A DNA stretch of 64,000 bases from Clostridia bacterium. GTDB lineage: Bacteria; Bacillota; Clostridia; Christensenellales; UBA1242. Positions within the stretch are counted from its first letter, which is position 1; each line of letters opens with the position of its first letter. Shown here piece by piece: positions 46,042 through 54,548 of the stretch. Position numbers and translations under genes: made by a program. The notes under the pieces are model-generated. The model did not search any database, was not told the origin of the DNA, and saw nothing but the letters and a program-made list of their open reading frames with translations. The DNA is taken from assembly GCA_045594425.1 (NCBI GenBank), contig JAZNYK010000007.1:151765-215764 (forward strand). The letters are read 5' to 3'.

Positions 46042-49000
46042 TTAAATAATTTTTATATTTTCTGCACCAATTATTCCACCAAGTTCGGCTTTTAAGCCAT
46101 TGCAAGGCTGTGCAAACGCTTCAAGATTATAAAGTTTTCTATCATGTTGAACAAAAACCGGACTGTTTCCTGGATAACATGAAATAATTGAACCAATTTC
46201 AGAAACCAAAGCAGCATCAGTAATATTAAACTTTAAATATATCTTTTGAACAACTTCTTCTTTTTTTGTTTCACCAAACACAACCTTATCTTCTGATGGT
46301 TGTTGCAATGAATCATCTTTTTTGGTGTCTAAATAGTCAATCTTTTCAATCAATATGATTGGTTTGTCACCTACTCTGATTGAAACTTTTCCATAAATTT
46401 TAACAATGCGGTCAGTTGAAAGTGTTTCGCCCTCTGTTTCATATAGTTTATTAAACATCATGCAGTCAAATTCACCATAAAGGTCTTCAATTGTAATAAT
46501 TGCCATAGGTTTATTTGTTGCTTTTGTCATAATTTTTTTAACAACAGAAATAACACCACCACATTCAACCTGCATTCCATCTTTAAGGTCACTCACAAAG
46601 TCGTCATGATTGTCACTTTCATCAACAACTTCACCTTCAATATCTTCTGCTTGAATCATTGAAGAGTTAAATGAGAAATCTTTCATTTTATCAATATAAT
46701 CATCTAATGGGTTGCCCGAAATGTAAATACCACAAACTTCTTTTTCTTTTTTGAGTTTTTCCATAAGGTCATATTCTGCTAGGTTTGGATAAACAATCTT
46801 GATTGCATCATCGGCATCCATGATATCACCAAACATTGAAAATTGACCAGAAAGTTTGGATTTTGCATCTTTTGCAGCACAAGCCATCGCATTTTCATAA
46901 ACACTAATAAGTTGGCTTCTTGTTTTTCCAAAACAATCAAACGCACCAGCATAAATAAAGCCTTCAATAAGTCTTTTATTCAACCCAAATTCAACCGTTC
47001 TAGACAAAAAGTTTTCAAGTGATGTAAAGTTTCCACCCTCTTCTCTACACTTAATAATTTGGTCACAAATTGCACCACCAATACCTTTGATAGCAGACAA
47101 GCCAAACCTAATTGTTTCCCCCTTAACAGAGAAAAGTGTTTTTGATTCATTAATATCTGGTGGCAAAAGTTCAATTCCTTCACTTTTTGCATAAGCCAAA
47201 TATTTTTTAAGGTCATCAGACTTTGAAATACGGTTGTTTAAGATAGCGGTTAAAAATTCCGGTTCATAATAATATTTCAAATACGCAGTTTGATATGTGA
47301 CATAAGAATAAGCCGCAGCGTGCGATTTGTTGAACGCATAGGAACCAAACTTTTCCATTTTATCCCAAAGAGCGTTAGCAACTTCAGCAGGAACACCATT
47401 TTTAACACAACCATCAACGGCTGGCTTACCCAAAATGCTTGGACATCCATTAACAAAAACATCTCTTTCTTTTTGAAGGTCCTTAAGTTTCTTTTTACCC
47501 ATCATTTTACGCACGGCATCCGCACGAGCAAGTGTATAGCCTGCGAGAACTTGAACGATTTTCATAACCTGCTCTTGATAAACAATAACGCCATAGGTAT
47601 AGTTCAACACAGGCTCTAATCTTGGGTCTACATAAGTAGTGTCTTCTGGATGATGCTTGTTATGAACAAAGTCTGGAATTGTATCCATCGGACCAGGTCT
47701 GTAAAGCGACACTCCCGCAACGATGTCTTCAAGACAGGTTGGCTTGAGGTCTTTCATGAATTTTTGGAAACCGCCACTTTCAATTTGGAACACCGCTGTT
47801 GTGTTTCCAGATGCAATCATTTTAAATACATCAGGGTCATCATAAGTGTTCTTTTCAAATGAAACATCAATTCCTCGATTCTCTTTGATATATTGAATTG
47901 CAAATTTAATATCGGATAAGTTGCAAAGCCCCAAAAAGTCCATCTTAAGGTGACCCAAATGTTCCATTTGTCCACCATTGTATTGTGTTGTAATTTCATC
48001 ACCAGAGCGTGACAAAGGAACAAAATTATCAAGTGCTTCTTTTCCAATAATAACACCACAAGGATGCACAGAAGTCTGCCTTGGCATATCCTCTAATTTT
48101 ATAGCAATATCAACAACCTGCTTAAGTTGTGGGCTGTTTTTATAAAGTTCCACGAGTTCAGGAACAATATATTCATGTTCTTTGCCAAAATCTTTTGCAC
48201 CAGACTTTGGATGATAAAAACCAAAAACCTTCTTCAAAATAAATGGTCTTCCAACAGAGTTTGGAATGGCTTTTGTAATTTTATCAGTTTCAGCATAAGG
48301 AACTTTCAAAACACGACCAACGTCTTTGATTGCGTTTTTTGCAGCCATCATACCAAGTGAAATAATTTTTATTGTTCTATCTGAACCATATTTTTCACGA
48401 ACATATCCAATAACGTCTTGCCTTCTACAATCTTCAAAGTCAACGTCAAAGTCAGGTGCAGAAACACGGTCTGGGTTTAAGAACCTTTCAAAGAACAAGC
48501 CAAATCTAAGCGGGTCAAGTTGTGTGATATCAAGCAAATATGCAATAACAGAACCTGCACCAGAACCACGTCCTGGACCAACCGAAATGCCCATTTTTCT
48601 TGCTGCATGGATATAATCCCACACAATCAAATAATATTCAATGAAACCCATTCTTGAGATAACGCCAAGTTCATACTCAATTCTTTCATGAAGTTCTGGA
48701 AATATTTCACCATACTTTCTTTTAACGCCGTCATCAATAAGTTTTCTGATGAATGTCATTGGGTCATCACCTGTTTCAGGCACATATCTTGGGAATAAGT
48801 AATGACCATACTCAAAGTTATAGTTACACTTATCCATAATTTCAAGTGAGTTTGCCAAACTTTCTTCTTCAAAAAGTTTTTGCATTTCTTCATAGGTTTT
48901 TAAATAAAACTCATCGGTGTCAAATTTCATTCTATCTGGGTCATCAATGGTTTTTCTCATGTTTACACACATCAAAATATCTTGCGACACAGAATCTTCT

Positions 49001-49812
49001 TTTTCCAAATAATGCACGTCATTTGTTGCAACGGTTTTAACACCAATCTTTTTTGCAAGAGCATAAAGTTTTGGAAGAACATATTTTTCTTCTTTTAAAC
49101 CATGGTCTTGAACTTCTATATAAAAATCTCCAGGTGCAAACATATCACGAAGACAAATTGCATCTTTTTCTGCTTCATCATCTTGATTGTTAAGCAAGTA
49201 TTGCGGAACAGTTCCTGCAATACAAGCGGATAAACAAACCAATCCTTCACTATACTGTGCAAGCGTTTTATAATCTATTCTTGGCTTAAAATAGAAACCA
49301 TCTCTAAACGAAATCGCATTAAGTTTTGAAATGTTTTTATATCCTTGCTCATTTTTAACGAGCAAAACCAAGTGATTTAGTTTTTCTCTACCCTCTTTTT
49401 TAGTAAGGTCTTTACAAACATAAAACTCACAACCAAGAATAGGTTTTACAATTGGCTTTCCGTGACGAACATAATATTCTTCATCAAGAGAAACACAGGC
49501 ATCAAAGAATGTTACTGCACCATACATATTTCCATGGTCGGTGACGGCAACGGCACGCATTCCAAGTTCTTTTGCCTTTTTTACCAAACTATCAATTCTT
49601 GTGGCACCATCAAGAAGCGAATATTCAGAGTGCACGTGCAAATGAATAAAATTCTTTTCATCAACAAATGTTCTCATTTCTTTCTTTGGTCTGTTTATGA
49701 CTTTTTTATGCTTGATAACAGGAACAAGTTTTATTTTCTTGCCTTCTTTAATGTCTTCAAACCTTGTTCCTTTTTGCCACGAATAAAGCAATGGTGATAA
49801 TTTATTTGCCAT
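46042..49812 (-). CDS. dnaE: DNA polymerase III alpha subunit (DnaE type) with PHP domain
   Basis: 1256 aa. PHP motif FIHLHVHSEYSLLDG, palm/fingers motifs (PDFDVDF). ATG 49810-49812 after GGAGAA overlaps the whiA stop by 11 nt. The alternative ATG at 49674 would remove a 46-aa basic N-terminal extension. Confidence 0.9.
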   Translation of the reverse strand: MANKLSPLLYSWQKGTRFEDIKEGKKIKLVPVIKHKKVINRPKKEMRTFVDEKNFIHLHVHSEYSLLDGATRIDSLVKKAKELGMRAVAVTDHGNMYGAVTFFDACVSLDEEYYVRHGKPIVKPILGCEFYVCKDLTKKEGREKLNHLVLLVKNEQGYKNISKLNAISFRDGFYFKPRIDYKTLAQYSEGLVCLSACIAGTVPQYLLNNQDDEAEKDAICLRDMFAPGDFYIEVQDHGLKEEKYVLPKLYALAKKIGVKTVATNDVHYLEKEDSVSQDILMCVNMRKTIDDPDRMKFDTDEFYLKTYEEMQKLFEEESLANSLEIMDKCNYNFEYGHYLFPRYVPETGDDPMTFIRKLIDDGVKRKYGEIFPELHERIEYELGVISRMGFIEYYLIVWDYIHAARKMGISVGPGRGSGAGSVIAYLLDITQLDPLRFGLFFERFLNPDRVSAPDFDVDFEDCRRQDVIGYVREKYGSDRTIKIISLGMMAAKNAIKDVGRVLKVPYAETDKITKAIPNSVGRPFILKKVFGFYHPKSGAKDFGKEHEYIVPELVELYKNSPQLKQVVDIAIKLEDMPRQTSVHPCGVIIGKEALDNFVPLSRSGDEITTQYNGGQMEHLGHLKMDFLGLCNLSDIKFAIQYIKENRGIDVSFEKNTYDDPDVFKMIASGNTTAVFQIESGGFQKFMKDLKPTCLEDIVAGVSLYRPGPMDTIPDFVHNKHHPEDTTYVDPRLEPVLNYTYGVIVYQEQVMKIVQVLAGYTLARADAVRKMMGKKKLKDLQKERDVFVNGCPSILGKPAVDGCVKNGVPAEVANALWDKMEKFGSYAFNKSHAAAYSYVTYQTAYLKYYYEPEFLTAILNNRISKSDDLKKYLAYAKSEGIELLPPDINESKTLFSVKGETIRFGLSAIKGIGGAICDQIIKCREEGGNFTSLENFLSRTVEFGLNKRLIEGFIYAGAFDCFGKTRSQLISVYENAMACAAKDAKSKLSGQFSMFGDIMDADDAIKIVYPNLAEYDLMEKLKKEKEVCGIYISGNPLDDYIDKMKDFSFNSSMIQAEDIEGEVVDESDNHDDFVSDLKDGMQVECGGVISVVKKIMTKATNKPMAIITIEDLYGEFDCMMFNKLYETEGETLSTDRIVKIYGKVSIRVGDKPIILIEKIDYLDTKKDDSLQQPSEDKVVFGETKKEEVVQKIYLKFNITDAALVSEIGSIISCYPGNSPVFVQHDRKLYNLEAFAQPCNGLKAELGGIIGAENIKII

Positions 49813-50773
49813 CGTTTTCTCCTAATTCTTCTGCTAGTTTTATAATCTTGTCAAAGCGTTGAGCAAGAGCCCCCTTGCTTATTTTTGTTTCCATAATAGA
49901 AATCAAATCTTTTAAAGACGCCTCTGGATTAGAAAGCCTTAAAAGTGCCGCTTCATTAAGAGAATCAGGCAAATTTTCAAGACCTATTGTGTTTTGAATG
50001 ATTTCTATTGCCTTCATTTGCTTAAGTGAAGCATTTACGGTTTTATCAATATTAGCGTTGATGCAATTAATCTGTCTGTTTGTAACATTATTCATATCAC
50101 GACTAACTCTTTGATTCATTAAATCTAAAATTGTTTTGCTTGCACCAAACAAACCCAACGCATCACAAATAGTATCGCTGTTTTTTAGGTATATTACATA
50201 CATTTCATTTCTTTCAACAATCTTTGGGAAAATATCAAAGTTAGAAAAGATTTCAGCAATTAAATTTGCTTGGTCTTTAGACACCACATCAATTTCAAAA
50301 TGATAGCCATATCTACGTTTTTCAGCAGTTTCTTGAGGCACACTTATTGTTCCAGTTCCCAAAAACACACCCGTTAAAAACGCAAGCATTTTGTCATTAG
50401 ATTTCAAGAAACTTTTATCACAAACATCTGATATTTGTGTTTCACCTAATTCATCAACTGAAATTATGCCAAGTTCTTTTAAAATTTTGTCATTAAAATC
50501 TTCACCGACCGAAAGGTCAAATCTTTCTTTGTTTTTAAAATTCTTTACAATCTTTGCAATTTGAACATCTACATCACCAAAAACATCAAAAAGTTTTTGT
50601 TTTAAATAATTTGTCACCTCTTCACTATCTGTAGACACAACAAAAGACAACTTGCCGTTTGAAATAATCAAACTGCCAGCCGACAAAAACAACCCTTGCA
50701 AAATAGAAAGGGGCTCTTTTTTATACAAATTTTTTCTAATGATTTCGTCTTTTACTGTTTTTGAAAATGACAT
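49802..50773 (-). CDS. whiA: DNA-binding protein WhiA
   Basis: Starts MSFSKTVKDEI (ATG 50771-50773 after GAAGGAG). Degenerate LAGLIDADG-like repeats and a C-terminal HTH (ISKGALAQRFDKII). The ORF-track extension to 50890 crosses the promoter and terminator. Confidence 0.85.
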   Translation of the reverse strand: MSFSKTVKDEIIRKNLYKKEPLSILQGLFLSAGSLIISNGKLSFVVSTDSEEVTNYLKQKLFDVFGDVDVQIAKIVKNFKNKERFDLSVGEDFNDKILKELGIISVDELGETQISDVCDKSFLKSNDKMLAFLTGVFLGTGTISVPQETAEKRRYGYHFEIDVVSKDQANLIAEIFSNFDIFPKIVERNEMYVIYLKNSDTICDALGLFGASKTILDLMNQRVSRDMNNVTNRQINCINANIDKTVNASLKQMKAIEIIQNTIGLENLPDSLNEAALLRLSNPEASLKDLISIMETKISKGALAQRFDKIIKLAEELGENDGK

Positions 50774-50792
50774 AGATACTCCTTCAAATAAC

Positions 50793-50821
50793 ATTATACC
50801 GAAATAAACTTTTTTCTTCAA
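50793..50821 (-). promoter_or_regulatory. promoter of whiA-dnaE
   Basis: Minus strand TTGAAG (50816-50821), 17-nt spacer, TATAAT (50793-50798). Confidence 0.7.
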
Positions 50822-50822
50822 T

Positions 50823-50851
50823 AAAAAAATGTCAAAAACTTTGACATTTTT
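50823..50851. terminator. intrinsic terminator after the PHP gene
   Basis: AATGTCAAA (50828-50836), loop AAC, TTTGACATT (50840-50848), flanked by A and T runs. It abuts the whiA -35. Confidence 0.75.
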
Positions 50852-50918
50852 CCATTGAATTATTAATGTTTTTAATAAAACATAATGCATTATAAATGTG
50901 GTTTATTTCGCAGAATGT

Positions 50919-52427
50919 TTATTTTTTTGAATCACCCACAATATTTGAGATGTTATTCATAAAACCACCACGTGCTTTTGATGTTTTTCTTTGCACAGGT
51001 TTTGCGTCAGAATTATTCACAGAAACGGTTTTTGCTGCACTTCTTGTTGCAACAGGTTTTGATTCTTGAACCGTCTTTTTTGTTTTTACTGCAAAGTTTA
51101 AAATTTCAGGGGTTTCTGGTTGTTTTTCAGGTTCTTGAACATTAGCAGAAACTGGTTCAACTTTAGTAGCAACAGGCTCTTTTACCTCCACATCTTGTGA
51201 AACTTCGATGGCTGGTTCAACAACATTCACTTCTTCTGGTTTTGACTCTTCTATAACAACTGAATTTTCCTTTGGTTCATCGGCTGTTAAAGAGGCTGTG
51301 TTAACGAAGTTTTTAGGGAGTTCTGCAAATGTTTCACCTGAAACATTTTGTGCATTTTGCACAACTTTTTCATCCCCCTCAATTTCCTTCAAATCAACCA
51401 ATTTTTCATTTTGGTTTTCAAACTCTTTAAGTTTGTTTTCACTAATATAATTTTGCGCTTGCTTAATTAACGCAATTTCTGCCATGGTTTCAGCAAACAA
51501 ATCCTCTTCTGTTTCTTGAACTTCCTCTCTTTTTACATAAGAAAGACCTTGTTCTTGTGCAATTTCTTGAAGAGCCTTTTCCATTTCAGGCGACAATGAT
51601 TCAGTAAACTCATAACGCTTTTTTTCTTCTTTGGCGTCTTCTTTTAGTTGTCTTTCTTCAAGTTTTTTCTTATACATTCCATAGAACATATCAAGTTCGA
51701 TGTCTGTTTCGGTTTTTTCTTCTAAAGTAAATTCAACGTTTGCAACGTTTTCTGTTGGAATTTCATACTTTTTAATGATATCAAAAGCATTATCAACTTC
51801 ACCAATCTTTTCTCTTGAATGAGCATCAGAAGAAACAACAAACAGACAATCACTTGCAATAAGTTCATCAACTTGTTCTTTGTTCCATTTGGTGTGTCTG
51901 TTGTTAATTTCAACTAAAACACCCTTCTCTTTGCAAGCATGACCTATTTGATAAAGGTCAGTTTTTAAAATGGAATCAAGATGTGAAATTATTGTAATTG
52001 GATATCTTTCAATAGCGTTCAAAAAAGCATTTGTGCATCTTTGAACGTCTGCTTGAGTTCCACCAGTTTTTCCAAAAAAGTTTGCAAAGTCTGTTTTTAT
52101 GAGTTTGTGATAACCAACAATCAAAATATCAAGCATAGCGAGGGTTTCATTGTCAACGTCAATTGTTCCATCTTCTGAAATAATATCTGCTTCAATACCA
52201 AGCAAAACCTTTGTTGTAGACCATTCATTGATTTCATCAATAATTTCTCTTGCTTTGCGCATTTTCGCTTTGTTAGTTCTGCACATATGCTTAAAACCAT
52301 GGTCTGTGATTGCAATTTCTTTCAAACCAATAGCGTTAGCAGTGCGCACCAATTCTTCTATTGTGTTTTTTCCATGAAAAAATCTACTAAAATTAGAATG
52401 AACATGGTAATCTGCCAATAATCTCAT
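50919..52427 (-). CDS. PHP-domain phosphoesterase with a long low-complexity C-terminal tail
   Basis: PHP motifs DYHVHSNFS, ITDHG, GIEADI, SHLD, SSDAHS in the first ~215 aa, then ~285 aa rich in E/K/V/P. Start taken at ATG 52425-52427 (5 nt after GGTGA). It overlaps the murB 3' end by 35 nt. Confidence 0.8.
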   Translation of the reverse strand: MRLLADYHVHSNFSRFFHGKNTIEELVRTANAIGLKEIAITDHGFKHMCRTNKAKMRKAREIIDEINEWSTTKVLLGIEADIISEDGTIDVDNETLAMLDILIVGYHKLIKTDFANFFGKTGGTQADVQRCTNAFLNAIERYPITIISHLDSILKTDLYQIGHACKEKGVLVEINNRHTKWNKEQVDELIASDCLFVVSSDAHSREKIGEVDNAFDIIKKYEIPTENVANVEFTLEEKTETDIELDMFYGMYKKKLEERQLKEDAKEEKKRYEFTESLSPEMEKALQEIAQEQGLSYVKREEVQETEEDLFAETMAEIALIKQAQNYISENKLKEFENQNEKLVDLKEIEGDEKVVQNAQNVSGETFAELPKNFVNTASLTADEPKENSVVIEESKPEEVNVVEPAIEVSQDVEVKEPVATKVEPVSANVQEPEKQPETPEILNFAVKTKKTVQESKPVATRSAAKTVSVNNSDAKPVQRKTSKARGGFMNNISNIVGDSKK

Positions 52428-53313
52428 CTTTGTCACCCACTTTTTCTATTTCGGGAACAAGTTTTACACCAAATTGCGATTCAACAGTGGCTTCAACTAA
52501 CGCAGAAAGCCTTAAAAAATCAAGCGCTGTGCCAAATTTGTCATTAATAAAAAAATTTGAATGTTTGTTAGACACAACCACACCACCAATTCTGGTTCCC
52601 TTAAGTCCTGCTCTTTCAATAAAAAAACCTGCTGACTTACCATTTGCCTTGGAATATACCGACCCCAAAGACAAACCATTTGGCTGATTTTTGTTTCGCA
52701 AATATGTAAACTCATTACACAAATTAATTATATCATACTCATTTTTATTTTCAAACAAAAATGTAGCAGTCAACACAACAAATCCAGATAAATTTGAAAA
52801 GTGATATCCAAACTTAATTTCGTTTTTATAAACATCAAAAATTTTACCCTTTTCAAACACAGAAATTTTCACCAAATGGTCAGATATTGAGTAACCAAAC
52901 GCCCCTGCATTATTATATATTGCCCCACCAACAGTTGCTGGAATTCCAATCAACCCTTCATACCCAGACAAATTATTCTTTTTTAAAACATCACAAAACC
53001 TTGAAAGCAATATGCCAGCAGACACAGTAACCCAATTATTTTTAATTTCTATCTCATCCGTCATTTTGTTTGTAAACACAATTGGATAATTCACATTTCC
53101 GGCAACAAGCACATTACTAGCATTTCCTAAAACCTTAAAATATATTTTTAATGAATTTAAAAACACTAATACCTTTTCAAACTCATTCACCTTTTTTGGA
53201 AAAATTGCGATTTTAATCTTCTCACCAAGTTTAATTGACGACACTAATGAAACATCAAAATTTTCAATAAACTCAATATTGTTTTTTGTTAAAAATTCTT
53301 TTATTTTTATCAC
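52393..53313 (-). CDS. murB: UDP-N-acetylenolpyruvoylglucosamine reductase
   Basis: FAD-binding and MurB motifs (GNASNVLV, PATVGGAIYNNAGAFG, LGSVYS.. / GGVVVSNKHSNFFIN). Start taken at GTG 53311-53313, 7 nt after AGGAG. Confidence 0.85.
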   Translation of the reverse strand: MIKIKEFLTKNNIEFIENFDVSLVSSIKLGEKIKIAIFPKKVNEFEKVLVFLNSLKIYFKVLGNASNVLVAGNVNYPIVFTNKMTDEIEIKNNWVTVSAGILLSRFCDVLKKNNLSGYEGLIGIPATVGGAIYNNAGAFGYSISDHLVKISVFEKGKIFDVYKNEIKFGYHFSNLSGFVVLTATFLFENKNEYDIINLCNEFTYLRNKNQPNGLSLGSVYSKANGKSAGFFIERAGLKGTRIGGVVVSNKHSNFFINDKFGTALDFLRLSALVEATVESQFGVKLVPEIEKVGDKDEIIGRLPCSF

Positions 53314-53326
53314 AAACAAACTCCTG

Positions 53327-54475
53327 TTAACTATCAAAAACATCTCGAAGATTGTCAATTTCTGTTTTTGTTAAAAATACATTATTTACCTTGCAATTTG
53401 CGATATTTTCAGGTGTTATGTCTTGCATAACACCTTGTTTGATTGCAACATTTTCAATGTTTTTAACCGAAAACAAACCCACATCAACCACTTTTTTTTG
53501 CATATAATCAGATGTTAAAAATTTTGCAAATTCTTGTTTATAAAAATTTTTTACATCACTTTCACCTTTTGCCATAAACATAAACTGCACTAAATCAGTG
53601 TATTTTGTAAGCGGTTGATATATAACATCAGAAACTTTTCCATTAACTTCTCTATTTTTCATTCTAAAAACATCTCTTTGCGTTCCTAAAAGCATAACAC
53701 TTTCACTAGCAACAAATCTGCAATATGCTGAATAACTGGAACTCTTTATATTTTGAGCGTTAAATGATTTTTCTGAAACCGACAACTTCTTATTTTCATT
53801 ATATGATGCAATTGCCATTTGAGGCACCAAGTATTTCCCCATACCAAAATCTAAAGAATATACTGTTTTCGTTTTCTTTTTGCTTTCAACTTCATATCCA
53901 TGCTCAAGCGCACTTTCAAGTAAGTTTATTTCATCACCAACAACTTTTGCCTTTTGTAAGTTTAATTTTGTTGAAATCAAATAATAAAAACCCGCACACC
54001 ATGAAACACCCAATTGCTCACCCTCTTGGTTTTTTCCTGCATCTAAAAAGTTTTTATAGATATCAAAAGCATTCTCATCAAAGCCCAAAAGGGTTTCTTT
54101 TATCGACACAGCCACACCATAAGAACAAGAAAACATATCTGGCAATTGCCCATCGTTTATCATATTCAAACATTCATTTTCAGTCACATTTCTAACAAGC
54201 ACATAAAGCCCCTTGTTCTTTTCTTGGAATTTTTTAGCAGCAACATTAAGCAAATTAGTTTTTGAAACAGTCCCACTTTCAAACGTATCAATGTTCCACA
54301 CCTCAATAATCCCTTGATATTTGCTTTTTGCACCCACAAAAACATTATAAATAAGTTCAGCATTCCCATCTGAACCCATACCAACAAAAGGCAAAAACAC
54401 AAGTAAAACAATCGCTAACAAACCTGATATAATGCGTTTAAAAACAAAACTTAACTTGAACCTAAATTTTTTCAT
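53327..54475 (-). CDS. hypothetical secreted/anchored protein resembling family-1 extracellular solute-binding proteins (orphan)
   Basis: 382 aa. N-terminal hydrophobic anchor. IIEVWNIDTFE ... MINDGQLPDMFSCSYG resembles the SBP_bac_1 pattern (I.VW ... G..PD.F). No adjacent permease or ATPase. Confidence 0.55.
   Translation of the reverse strand: MKKFRFKLSFVFKRIISGLLAIVLLVFLPFVGMGSDGNAELIYNVFVGAKSKYQGIIEVWNIDTFESGTVSKTNLLNVAAKKFQEKNKGLYVLVRNVTENECLNMINDGQLPDMFSCSYGVAVSIKETLLGFDENAFDIYKNFLDAGKNQEGEQLGVSWCAGFYYLISTKLNLQKAKVVGDEINLLESALEHGYEVESKKKTKTVYSLDFGMGKYLVPQMAIASYNENKKLSVSEKSFNAQNIKSSSYSAYCRFVASESVMLLGTQRDVFRMKNREVNGKVSDVIYQPLTKYTDLVQFMFMAKGESDVKNFYKQEFAKFLTSDYMQKKVVDVGLFSVKNIENVAIKQGVMQDITPENIANCKVNNVFLTKTEIDNLRDVFDS
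53412..53434 (-). repeat. perfect-arm copy of the hairpin inside a coding region
   Basis: GGTGTTATG-TCTTG-CATAACACC. On the coding strand it encodes GVMQDITP, 85 nt before the stop of the 53327-54475 gene. Confidence 0.7.
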
Positions 54476-54524
54476 ATCACAATTTATGAGAAATTTTCAA
54501 ACATTATGAAAAATTAACCAAACA

Positions 54525-54548
54525 AAAACACGCTAAACAGCGTGTTTT
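54525..54548. terminator. intrinsic terminator after uvrC
   Basis: AAAACACGCT - AAAC - AGCGTGTTTT. Overlaps the uvrC stop codon. Near-twin of the glyQS terminator. Confidence 0.8.

Noticed and set aside
49802-50890. ORF-track N-terminal extensions (whiA to 50890; also rpiB to 8230, sepF to 9122, RluA to 23631, rpmE to 61322, prmC to 61010, CBS protein to 25191, spo0A to 35222, MBL to 44832)
   Set aside because: In each case an internal ATG or GTG with a proper GGAG-type SD matches the conserved protein N-terminus. The extension either runs through a promoter or terminator or overlaps the upstream gene.
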